Positions 1-13,000 of a DNA stretch of 64,000 bases are shown piece after piece (position 1 is the stretch's first letter; the number at the start of each line of letters is the position of its first letter). The stretch is taken from positions 30,070,001-30,134,000 of the forward strand of contig CM069153.1 of NCBI GenBank assembly GCA_035221665.1, in the 5' to 3' direction. The notes below the pieces were generated by a model. The model was given only the letters and a program-made list of their open reading frames with translations, was not told the DNA's origin and made no database searches. This stretch comes from Okamejei kenojei (lineage: Eukaryota). Made by a program: the position numbers and the translations under genes.

Positions 1-14
1 GAGGGACCCGGCGT

Positions 15-52
<38 letters not shown>

Positions 53-861
53 CAAGTAAACATTGGAGGACCCAGTGTAGGTGAGCCACCAAGAGAACAA
101 AGGGGGGCCATTTGGGGACTAAATGGGATACTTTGTAACTTTGTTGGTGCCCTATATGTGGCGACTCTTGTGTATGCAAAACAAATAAACTCACTGTGAC
201 ATGTCACATGCGATAATAAAGTATCACTCATTCATTCACCCATTCAACTACTATTGAATATTTTCCTGCACTCCATTCTAAACTATATGGTTTCTGATCC
301 CTGACATCATCCACAACTGTTGGATCCAGCTCCTCCCAATTTTTATTACTCCATCAGATCTCTGCACTCCTTGTGGCTCTTAGATTAATGCTGGCTCCGT
401 CCACATTGCTTTCACAGTCAGATAATTCTCTATACTGGGTAGGTATGTTGCACGTCCAATTTGTAGAGTTATGGCAATTATAGTTTTGTTGAAAGCGTTG
501 GAAATAAGGGGACATATTGTCATTTGACAGGCTCAAGGGCTTGGTGAAGAAAACCCCAAAGACCTGGCCGAGACATTGTTCCTTTTTTTTGGCACCACAG
601 CAGCACTGCTGGAGATGTTTCATGTTAGGAAAAAAATGAGAGTTGCACTGTGGAACCCATTTCCCAAATGCTACAAGGTCACCCAAAAGTGTGTGCCAGC
701 CTGCGCTTCTGCAGGCGAACCTGCTATTCCAGGGGAGAGTTCTGCTCTTGCGGAGTTGGTTGAATGAGCTAATAGCGCGTGTTTATCATCATCCCATTCG
801 ATCGAGAATTTAGAATGGAGTTTTTGACCCTTAATCTACTTATCACCGCGGAAATACCAAC

Positions 862-1051
862 CATCGTCCAGGGTTCTCTCAAGAATGGGCGGGAAGCTGG
901 GCATTCCATCTCCAATCCTGGTGAAAGCAAGCACTTGGATCTTGTACAGCACGTACTTCCCGAGGTCAACAAGTTGGACAGCATGGGTGGTGTTGCCTTC
1001 AATGGCCCTGAACTTCGTAGACGTTTCCAGGTCTTTCTCCTTGTAAAGGAC
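862..1051 (-). CDS. SDK2: SDK2 exon, 190 bp, FNIII-7
   Basis: [63 protein letters not shown], translated by hand; donor G|GTTGGT. Confidence 0.92.
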
Positions 1052-4000
1052 CTATGTTCAAACAGAGAACAATGCACGGACAGGATGAGAGGAATTCCAA
1101 CAAAAAGTAATGTTTCACGTTCATCTTTCGCTAAAGTGAATAGCAGCATCTGCCATTTTATTGTTGCTTGTTGGTGTGCGGCATGGTGGCGCAGCAGTAG
1201 ACTTGCTGCCTTACAGCGCTAGAGACCCGGGTTCGATCCTGACTACGGGCGCTGTCTGTACGTTCTCCCCGTGACAGCGTGGGTTTTCTCCGGGATCTCC
1301 GGTTTCCTCCCATATTCCAAAGATATACAGGTTTGTAGGTTAATTGGTATAACTGTAAATTGTCCCTAGTGTGTGTAGGATAGGGGACTTGTGCAGGGAA
1401 CGCTGGTCGGCATGGACTTAGTGGGCCGAATGGACTGTTTCCATGCTGTATCTCTATACTAAACTAAACAAAAACAGTATTTTTATCTCTCCGTTGAGAA
1501 GATGATGAAGGGGTTTTCAGATTTGAAATTGGCTTCACTGTGTTAACAGTTTAGTATCGCTGTAAATAGGTGAAAATGTTTTGGCCATTGAACTAATGTC
1601 ACGTAAAAAAGATGAAAGGAAATAATGGTAGATATTTGTACATAACATCAGGAACAAAACACATGGGGTTATAGAGTCATTGACCCTTGGGCCAATGTGT
1701 TCCATTGAAGCTAATCCCATGATCAGGCTCATGTGAACTAATTGAGTTTAAAACAAAATTTGTCCATGTCCAGATCTCAGAAGAGCGCATTTCTTTAACT
1801 CTGGTTTGTGGTCTCTCCACGTAAGATTGCTGACCTCTGGAATCACACCCATGTGGTGAAGACAATTTACTCTGTTCCCCAAGATTTTTGGAGGCAGGAT
1901 GTAATCACGTTTACACACCCTGGATGGAACCACTGAGTTAAAAACAACCTTGCGATGCCAAACCACATCACCCCAAAATAGTCAAAGAGAGATACAGCAC
2001 AGAAACAGGCCCTTTGGCCCAGCGTCCACACTGATCATCTGTCACTCATTCACACTAATCCTACACTAATCACATTCTTTCCTATCCCCACATTCTTATC
2101 AACTCCCTCAGAATTCACCACCAACGTACACACTGGGACAGTTAACCTATGAACCCAGAGGTGTTTGGGATTTTTTGAGGAAACCCACAGAAACTCACAG
2201 GAAGAACATGCAAACTCCACCTGGACAGCATCTGCGGTCACAAATGAATTCTGGCCTCTGGCACTGTCAGGCAGCGGCTCTGCAGCTGTGCCACTGTGCT
2301 GCCCTAAATGGTTGGTACTATCCAGGGCTCAGACTTCCCTGTGTCTGGGAAAGCAGCATAAAGCACCCCAAGGAGCTGATCACCCACTGCGGGGCTGTGC
2401 ATGAGACTGGCAGCTGGCATGGGCCGACTTTTAGTCCCATGTACAGGGTTTATTCTCTGGTTGTTCTGGAGTCTGGAGGAGCAAGCGTACTCCACGCTGC
2501 TCATAAACTGTGGGCTGGAACATCTCTCTTCCTTCCCTTTTTAACTGCACAGATGTGAACTCCCTCTCCCGACTGGCAGCAGAGCCTGGAATTGGATGCA
2601 GCAGTCACACCCTCTGCTCCAAGGGGCAAATCTGGCAATGGCCACTTGCCAAGGTTAAACAGAGAAGTGTGTATGAAGGAACCTCAGATGTGGGTTTTGT
2701 ACCGATGATAGACACAGACTGCTGGAGTCATTCAGTGGGTCAGGCAGAATCTCTGGAGAAAAAATAGGTGATGTTTGGGATCGGAACTTTTCTACAGACT
2801 GAAGAATCTGAAGAAGGGTCATGACCCAAAATGTCAGCTATTCTTTTTCTCAAGAGATGCTGCCTGACCCACTGAGTTATTCCAGCACTTTGTGTCTATA
2901 AACAGATGAGAATTCATTTGGTTGACACAAAATGCTGGAGTAACTCAACGGGACAGGCAGCATCTCTGGAGAGAAGGAATGGGTGATGTTTGGGTCTCGA
3001 CCCGAAACATCACCCATTGCTTCTCTCCAGAGATGCTGCCTGTCCCGCTGAGTTACTCCAGCATTTTGTGTCTACCTTCGATTTAATCCAGCATCTGCAG
3101 TTCTTTCTTACACATGAGAAGTGATTTGGACAGGTACAGGGGATATGGAGCAAACCCAGGCATATGGGATTAACACAGATGGGGCATCTTGATTGGCATG
3201 GATGAGGTGTGCTGAATGGCCTGTTTCCGAGCTGTATGACTCCATGATTATGATTAACATTGATATCAGCTTGCCTTGTAGCCTAGGACGAGTCCATTGC
3301 GATTCTGTTTGGGGACCTCATTCCACTTGACCAGGATGCTGTTCGAGTTAAGAGCAAGGGAAGAGACATTTGTTGGACCTGAGGAAGGAACTAAAAATAC
3401 AAAGAAAGGAATTATCCAGGGAACAAATTATTCCACAGCCACAAGAAGAATTTCAAAAAAAATTCAACAATTCTCAAAGCACTGACAGGACCTATAAAAA
3501 TATCACCAGCTAAACCCACAGTAATGTCCGAAGAAGGGTTTCATCTTGAAACGTCACCCATTCCTTCTCTCCAGAGATGCTGCCTGCCCTGCTGAGTTAT
3601 TACAGCATTTTGTGTCTATCTTCAGTTTAAACCAGCATCTGCAGCTCCTTCCCACACGTACTGTACTAAACTCTGGCAACCAAATGCCACAACCAAAGGT
3701 GCCTGGAACACATTGCCAGGGGTGGAGGTCGAGGCAGATGTGAGAGGTGTTTAAGAGACTTTCAGATAGACGCACAGATATGCAGGGAATGGAGGGATAT
3801 GGATCGAGTGCAGGCAGAGGAGATTAGTGTAACTTGGCATCAAGTTCGGCGTGGACAATGTGGGCCGAAGGGCCTGTTCCCGTGCTCTACTGTGCTATGT
3901 TCTATGTTCACTGATTCTACTCCATTAGGTCTCCAGTTATTAATTGGGCTTTTTAGAGAATTAACTTGTTCAGAAGTAAAGATTCTAGTTCTGAATATAT

Positions 4001-7000
4001 ATTTTGCTGATGTATGCGTCTTCTCTTATTCTGCTGACCCAGTAACATGCTGCCTCGTCTCCTGTTTACTTTATGTACATCAGTCATTCCAGCCCAACCT
4101 CCTCTCTCCTATTAAACAGTCGCACACGCTCACAAGGTCATGCGGTAAATACTGGAAGCGTCTGGATATAATGGTGAATTCTGCTCATATTCCCTGTGGC
4201 ATAGCCGACCTTCTTCGTGCAATCCTCTCCTGTTACCCAACAGGGTTATTGGAGAATTGCATTCTGCAGAGATTAAATATTTAAAAGGAATAAAATAGCA
4301 CTTTGGTGCCACAAGTCAATAATAATGTTACTACTTGTGCCGATCCACTGCAAGTCCTGATGGTTTTCACCCCGACTCATTTCCACAGCTTTTACCATCC
4401 ATTGCTAGTCTTGTTGTAGACAGGGGTGTCCGATTCTGATTGATATAAACTCTTGACTCTCAGTCTGAAGAAGGGTCTCGACCCGAAACGTCACCTGTTC
4501 CTTTGCCCCAGAGATGCTGCCTGACCCGCTGCGTTACTCCAGATTTTTGTGTCTATCTTCACTGAGTTGGAATGGCCTGGCTGTGCAGGTATTACCCAGG
4601 GAATGGTCCTCTGGGACAATTTGGTCTACGCTCTTCTGCCATGCGGCAGAAGCAACTGTAAACGCATTGGATTATGAAGGGAACTCAAACTGAACTGCTG
4701 GAGTGATTTAAAATGACCCTGAGAATGTTGTTGCCATGTTTTACTGCCGATTATTGATTTTCAATCTTGCTGAAGACAGTGAGGTGGAGATGAAAATAAC
4801 AGCATCAAGCAAGACGATGGACAAAGAGCAGGGAGTGAGATCAACCTGAATCTCAACGTTCAGCACCAGCGGTCAGCATCAAGGGTGCCAAAGTGGAGAT
4901 AGTTGAGATCTTTCCATTCCTAGGTGTGAATCTCACCAACAGTTTGTCCTGGGGCAACCGCATTGATGTTTCAACCAAGTATGCGCACTAACACCTCTAC
5001 TTCTCAGGAGGTTAAGGAAGGAAGCCATGTCTCCAATAATTCATACCAACTTCTACAGATGCACCGCAGGTAGCATCCTAACAGTTGGTTTGAGAACAGC
5101 TCTGCCCAAGTCAGCAAGAAATCACAGAGAGTTGTGCATGCAGCTGAGTCCATCACACAGACCAGTCACCCCACCACTGACTCCATCTACACTTCCCGCT
5201 GCCTTGGGGAAGCAGCCAACATAATCAAGCACCACTCACACCCCGGTCATTCCCTCTTCTGCCCTCTCCTGTCGAGCAGAATATACAAAAGTTTGAAAGC
5301 ACGTACCACCAAATTCAGGATCAGCTCCTTCCCCCTTATGAGACCACTGAATGTCCTCCCATAAGGCAAGGATGTAGTCTCAATCTTCCAACCTACCTTA
5401 TGGTACCTTGCACGTTTTAATCTGAATTTTCTCTGTAACTCTGATGCTCCAATGCTGTAACACTACATTCAGCATAATTTGAATGAATTAAGAGTTGCAG
5501 TATTGGAGACAGCAGAATGCCACCACTACCAGAGAACTCACAATCTTCCCCGTTGTCAATGGTCCTCCCTAAATTATGGTGTGGTCCTGATCTTCTAAGC
5601 AGCCTTCATTGCCGACGATTAATTTTTTATCTGTAACTGTAACACTAGAACGCTGTAACACTATATCCCACACTCTGGTATTTTCTCTTTGCACTACCTG
5701 TCGTACTTGTATTTAGTTTGGTTGTACTCATGTATATTATGATTTGTTGGGATCGCACACAAACAAAGCTTCTCACTGCATCTCGGTATTATTAACAATT
5801 ATAAAACCAATACCAATAACCAATGGGCGGCACGGTGGCGCAGGGGTAGAGTTGCCACCTTGCAGCGCCAGAGACCCGTTTTGATCCTGACTGCAGATGA
5901 TGCTGTCCGTACAGAGTTTGTACGGACCTGCATGGGTTTACATCGCACTCCAAAGATGTACAGGTTTGTAGGTTAATTGGCTTTGATAAAATTGTAAAAA
6001 AATGATTCTCAGTGTATGTCGGATAGTGTTAGTGTGCGGTAGAGAACACGGGACGGTGCGGACACGGTGGGCCGAAGGGCCGGTTTCTGCGATGTATCTC
6101 ATAACTAAACTAAATACCAATACCAAGTATCTCTTTATCAGATGAGATGAATAATCGTTTTCTTTATCATTATTTTTTATGCTTCCATAATATTCATTCT
6201 GTGTGAACATTGAGACCACTGTAACATGCACGCTGCTTGAGCTGGAGATCTATCCCGGTGCCCTTACACTCCACATCGCTCGGCTGGTTGGTGGTTTAAA
6301 CAACACAAATTTCTGCAAAACCTTGATCGTGTTATTCACATTCACTTGCAAAACATTGTCAACCAAGTTTAACAGAAATTGGGTTTCAGCAATTATGAGT
6401 AACTCCATACTAATATATAATCTATATTATCTGAAGCTCTGAAACAGAAGCAAACATGATGCCTGCAACAAATACTGTAAAGATGCCATTAGCATCCTAA
6501 TGAAGGATATTCGACATTGCAGTAATCATTAAAAATTTAACACCCTGTATCAACTATCAAATCTTATAAGCACATCAACAAAACTACTTGTGTTATTACT
6601 TTGTCAAGATAAGAGGGCACCTCATTGCATTCAGCTTTATCTGTGTCTGTAGTGAACTTCAAAAAGAGGGAATGTTGCCGTTAGTTCAATAATCGATAAA
6701 CATTACCATTTATCGATCAAAGGCCAAACAGCCTCCAGAGTTCAGATGAGGAAAACCTGAGGATTACTTCCTGGCCACGATCCCGCTCAAACAGTGGCGC
6801 CTGTGGCCACTGCAATTGTCAAACGCCCCAGATGAGACCCGGAATCTCTGAGTTAATTGGTCCCTTTAAAGAAAGTTAGTTGCACTGGGAGCAAAGTCCT
6901 CTTGGCTGTTGCTCACTCATCGACCACACAGTCATTTCAGTTTTGGCTGACGACCAATAGCACTGAACAAATTTAATTAACCGTTCATCATTGTCCTGAT

Positions 7001-10000
7001 TAGCAATCAGCTTTCATGGGAAAAGGAATAGAGAGAGAGCAACAGGATGTTACAATTCTTCAGGGCTCAATCCAACTGATACATTGCAAAAAAAGACAAA
7101 GTGCTGGAGTAACTCAGCAGGTCAGGCAGCAGCTCTGGAGAACTTGGGGCGGCACAGTGGTGCAGCGGGTAGTGTTGCTGCCTCACAGTGCCTCATAGTT
7201 CAACCCGGACTATGGTACACCTCAATAAGCTCACCCCAGAAGTCAAAACAATTATGGTCAAAACCAAGGTGGGGAAGCAGATCACATTTCATAATTTTTC
7301 ACCATGTATTCTGCATACATTATGTGGCAATAATTAAAATAATCTGAAACCATACTATATTTAGGTAAAAACTTGAGTTGTTTTTTTACTGTCCTTTAGT
7401 CCATGTCTGGATCATCTTCATGGATATTAATAAGTTTTGCAGCGACACTATGAAAAGTAATGGCTTGAAAAGATGATGAGCTATGATCAGGTTTGTTCCC
7501 TGCACAGTTATAGTCTGGTTTCAGGGAGAGCAGATATCCCAGGACGTCGTCTGGCGACTTTTACTGAGGTGCTAGTGAGTGAATGTTCAAAGGACATCTG
7601 ACCATGGAGGACGTTACTCTTACTATTCAACCAACGAAAGCATGCATGTACTTGTAGAAAGAATCATGGTACACCCGTGGCACAGCTGGTAGAGCCACTG
7701 CCGCACAGTGTCAGAGACCCAGGTTCAATCCTGACCTCGGGTGCTGTTTGTGTGGAGTTTGCATGTTCTCCCAGTGACCGTGCAGGTTTCCTCCAGGTAC
7801 TCCGGTTTCCCCCCCATATCCCAATGACATACAGGTTTGTAGGTTCATTTGCCCTCTGTAAATTGATCCTGATGTCTAGGGAATGAATGAGAAAGTGGGA
7901 TAACATAGGACTAGTGTGAACGGGTGATCGATGGTCGGCCTGGGTTCGGTGGGCTGAAGGGCCTGTTTCCATTGCTGGATCTCCAATCTCTGCACCCACC
8001 AGGATAGGAAACCAATGCGAACACTCCCTTCTTCTAGCTAGGGGCTGACCAGAGACACTGCTCGGATGCTCCTTCTCCATGAGACTCACAGTAGGAGATT
8101 CACTCGAAGTTACCATATTCAAGACACAATATTTTGACACGATAATTTGTTTACCCCTGACTCCATCAGAATTTGGTAGAAGATCGAAACACATGGGTAA
8201 TAGTACCAATTTAACAGAAACTAGGAGGCCTAACAGGCTACTTAACGAGAGTCATATTTAATTTAAACGTTACTTCCAGCTATAATTCAATGGAATTCAA
8301 TGATTGCTGCTCATTAAAGCCATCTGTAATTCAACACTTAGGAACTCCACATTATAAGCCATTTCTTCATGTCTTTTCTTAGAATATGCAATCACAGCTA
8401 ACGTCTACAAGCATTACCAGATCAGCCATTAGGAAATTAAATTCACAATGACTCTGTCATTGCCATCATTCTATGTATGAGCTTTAAAGAAATAGCTCCA
8501 GGTTTAGATTAGCTGCTGATTATATTTTAACCTCCGTCTTTAATTTTTTTATACCTTCAATCGAAAATATTTGTTGTTACATCATCATAATCAAATAATT
8601 AGCAGATGGATGTAGCATCGTGTCGGGAATGATAAAATAATTCCGGGATTAAATGTGCTGGTCTGTTGCCAAATTGTAATGCGATTGCTCGATAAGCTGA
8701 TGGTGAGCTCATCTGAAACTAAACTACCCAAATACCAACTCTTGTCGAGTCTCAATCACCTGTAATCTCTGTGCTTGATGACTCTGACATTCCCCGACTT
8801 GTTCTCAAACCACTCACCCACATCTGTGACCTCCTCCCACCATCAGACCCTCCTCCAGCCCTGGCCGATATTGCTGTACTTGCCATCAGCTACCAAAGTC
8901 CCACACTGTTGAGATCCATTCCTCAACATCTCTTCTTTTAAATAGGTGACGTTTCTAGTTGAGACCTTTCTTCTCAACCTGAAACGGCACCTATCCACGT
9001 CCTCCAGCATTGCTGCCTGACCCACTGTGTTGCTCCAGCACGTTGTGTCTTTCCTTGGAAAACCAGCATCGACAGTTCCTTGCTACTACTCTCTCTTCCT
9101 TCAAAGGTGATTCTAGCATTAGATTTGTGGATGCTGTGTCTATAGTAGAACATGATGCAATAGCAAATTATTGACACAACATCTGTCTATAACAGAAGAA
9201 ATGTGTAGGGTCTTGAACCAAAATGTCACCCATCCCTTCTCTCCAGAGATGCTGCTTGACCCGCTGAGTTACTCCAGCAGTTTGTGTCTTTTTTTCTCCC
9301 TATAGCACAGTAGAATGTCTACTCTGAAGGGAGACACTCAGTAAGAGTTTTAGTTCAGTTTAGTTTATTGTCACGTGTACCAAGGTACAGTGAAAAGTTT
9401 TTGTTGCGTGCTAACCCCCCAGACAATGGAAAGACCATGTGTTTAAGAAGGAACTGCAGATGCTGGAAAATTGAAGGTAGACAAAAGTGCTGGAGAAACT
9501 CAGCGGGTGCAGCAGCATCTATGGAGCGAAGGAAATAGGTAACGTTTCAGGCCGAAACCCTTCTTCAGACTCCTTCTTCAGAGTCTGAAAAAGGGTTTCG
9601 GCCTGAAACGTTGCCCATTTCCTTTGCTCCATAGATGCTGCTGCACCCGCTGAGTTTCTCCAGCACTTTTGTCTACCTACAGTGGAAAGACTATACTTGA
9701 TTACAATCAAGCCTTCCACAGTGTACAAATACATGATGAAGGGATAACATTAAGTGCAAGGTAAATTCCAGTAAAATCCAAGGGTCTCCATTGAGGTAGA
9801 GAATAGCTCAGGACTGGTCTCTCGTTGTTGAGCTGCTTCTGCAATGAGCTGATACCACAGGTTCTGTGGTTGGGTTTAATTCGTAATGACTGATTTGTTA
9901 GTTTCAATTAAGAATGCAACTTGCATGCTCAGTCTTGTTCTCAGAGTAATTCCAAAACAAAGCGTCAATTTACATTGAAGTACAATGGGATTGCTAGAAA

Positions 10001-13000
10001 TGTAGAAACAAAATATTTAGGCAATTGTAGTGAATGGCAGTGAGAACGTGGAACTGGGTGCAGCGATGCCAGTGCTCACTCCGCTGTTTCCCAGTGAAAG
10101 CTCAGTCAGTCACCATTGCTGCAATTACTTGTTTACTTTGGTTTAGAGATACAGCGCAGAAACCGGCCCTTAGGCCCACCAGGTCCGCACAGACCAGCGA
10201 TCCCTGCATGCTAACACTATCCTACACATACTAGGGACAATTCACAATTACACCAAGCCAATTGACCTACAAACCTGTACGTCTTTGGAGTGTGCGTGGA
10301 AACCGTAGATCACAGAGAAAACCCACGCAGGTCACGGGGAGAACGTGCAAGTTTCATAAAGACAAGCACCCGTAGTCAAGATCGAACCCGGGTCTCTGGC
10401 GCTGTAAGGCAGCAACTCTACCGCTGTGTCACCGTGCCGCCTGTCTTTTCTTGCCTGCCTGGGCAGCCCCTCAGCCAGCGAACCCAGTGCCGAGAGCAAG
10501 GCCTTCAGGCACGGAACCAACACACCAATCTCCAGTTATTCCATTAATATACCTCCCTCTGCTGTTTCGAATTTGTGACCCATCAACTTCTAATTTAGTA
10601 AACTAATAACTAAAAAGTATAAAAACAATAAAATATTAGTCAGAGTCATACAGCGTAGAAACGGGCCCTTCGGCTCAACTTGTCCATGACGACCAACATG
10701 CCCCATCTACACTAGTCCCAACTGCCCATAACCCTCTAATAACCTGTCCTATCTGTGTACCTGTCCAATAATCTCGTAAATGTTATGACAACATCTGCCT
10801 CAACTACCTCCTCTGGCAGCTCATTCCATTTTCCCATCATCCTATGTATAAAAAAGCTACCTCTCAGGTTCCTATTAAATCTTCCCTCCCTCATCTTAAA
10901 TTAAAAATAGAAATTCTAAAAAGTTGAATATCGAGTGTTTAACTTTGCAGAGTTGCCGGTATGCTGTACTCGTGAGTACTGCCACAATAAAAATCACTGA
11001 TTCTGTCACTGTGTTATTATATATGGTATATTAATCACTTCCTTTCACATCATTGCTTCCAGCTGCTTTGTTTTATTGTGGCAGGCGTGTTTCTAATTGT
11101 GTTTAAACAACGCCACAAATAAAAAAGCAGTTTTGTACTTAAATTGGAAGTCGTACGGACTTGACTGGTTCCATAAGTGATAGGACCAGAATTAGGCCAT
11201 TCCGCGCATCAAGTCTATGTCCGTCATTCAATCATGGTTGATCTATCTCTCCCTCCCTCCTAACCCCATTTTCCTGCCTTCTCCCCACAACCTCTGACAC
11301 CCGGTTTGTGGAGTTCAGACAGCAGGACTGGGGCTGCCTCTCCCACAGCACCACTGCAGACATTCAGCTACGGTTACAGAGGGGCCTCTTTCCTGCAACG
11401 CCAGCTGGCTGGAGAAACTAGCCGGGAGGAGTTACCAGGCGGAAAATGACCTGGCGACTGAACCGGTAACTGAACTGGTAACCGACAACCAGTTAGTGAC
11501 AACCAGTTACCGACCCCCCAGCAACGGGTCTGGAATGACAGAGTTTCTATCAGAATCCATGCAGATCAGATGCTGCAGAAAGCACAAGACCAATCTACAA
11601 CAACCTCAGTTATATGACCTTGCATGACCTTCAGCTGCAAGGCTTCAGGGAATGGGAGCACATTTACCACAGACCACATCGAGAGCAAGAACTCTGACCC
11701 CAGGGTGAATTGCCAGATTTCAGATGGCGCAGATTATCGAACAGATACTCCCGTCCTGGGTACAATCTCCAGTTTATCAGCCCAGACTTCTTTGTGATGT
11801 TGGTGGGGGGAGGGGGGAGGGGGTGAGATTTCAGTGATCAGGCAAAAAGATACAAAGGCACATTGATTCAAACTTCAAACCACCAATGACGTTCCAAATT
11901 ACCAACAATGATAATGTTAACTTTAAAGATTATTAACAAACATAATAAACTTCGCAAACCGTAAAATATTCATTAAATGTTTACAAAGTTGATGTAAAAA
12001 AAGTAAAATTTCCAACTTTAAATTTTCCTCTGAAGCTGCTTAGTAAATAATTCCTCTTCCCTGCTGAGCTCATTTCTGCCATCTGGTGGGGCAGTTGAGA
12101 AGTGCTAGTTGCATGCAGATCCTTTACTTCATACTTTTACACATCAGAGATACAGCGCGGAAACAGCCCCGACAGCCCACTGAGTTCGTGTTGACCAGCG
12201 ATCACCCCGTACTCTAGCTCTAACCTACACACTAGGGAGAATTTACAATTTTACCAAAACCACTTAACCTACAAACCTGTACGTGCTTGGAGTGTGGGAG
12301 GAAACCGGAGCACCCGGAGGAAAAACAATCGTGGTCTCTAGGACAACGTGCAAACTCCATACAGACAGCACCCATAGTCAGGACCGGAGCCAGGTCTCTG
12401 GTGCTGGAAGGCAGCGGCTGCACCACTGTGGCATCTTGCCGCCCTCAGGAAAGATTCCTGTAGTTTAAGTCAAGTCGAGTTTATTGTCACATGCACAAGC
12501 ATGGTGAGGTACAATCTTGGTTTCTAACCAACAAGGATCCTTATTGGAGCCATGTTCAAAATTTGGACACGCTCGAACGTTTTTCCAATCACCGAAAGTA
12601 CGCAAATGCCGGTGGAATGAAATGAAAACTGCGAATACTAAAGACAGGCATCAGGTCCGGCAGTGGGACGAAAAACGAGGGGCATGTTTTATCTCAGTGA
12701 CCTTTCATTAGGGCTGCTGAAAGTTAGAGATCTAACAAAATTTGGAGAGGGTCCAGAGGTAGTTTACAAAAAATATGCCAGGGATGATTGGGTTAAGGGG
12801 CGGCACAGTGGCGCAGCAGTAGACTTGCTTCCCCACAGCGCCAGAGACCCGGGTTGGATCCTGACTATGGGTGTTGTCTGTACGGAGTTTGTACATTCTC
12901 CCTGTGACCGCGTGGGTTTTTGTATGGGTGCTCCGGTTTCCTCCCACATTCCAAAGATGTACAGGTTTGGAGGTTAATTGGTAGTGATAATATTTGTAAA

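Noticed and set aside
16-48. Long G runs (also about 14617-14680, 33925-33945, 62172-62186) as functional G-quadruplexes
   Set aside because: Mostly within or beside repeats, homopolymer length is unreliable in assemblies, and nothing else supports function.
769-1222. ORFs 779-1222 (+) and 769-1149 (-)
   Set aside because: Antisense and off-frame shadows of the SDK2 exon at 862-1051.
1178-1250. tRNA gene
   Set aside because: A and B boxes continue directly into the SINE core and tail; it is a SINE head, as in the other copies.
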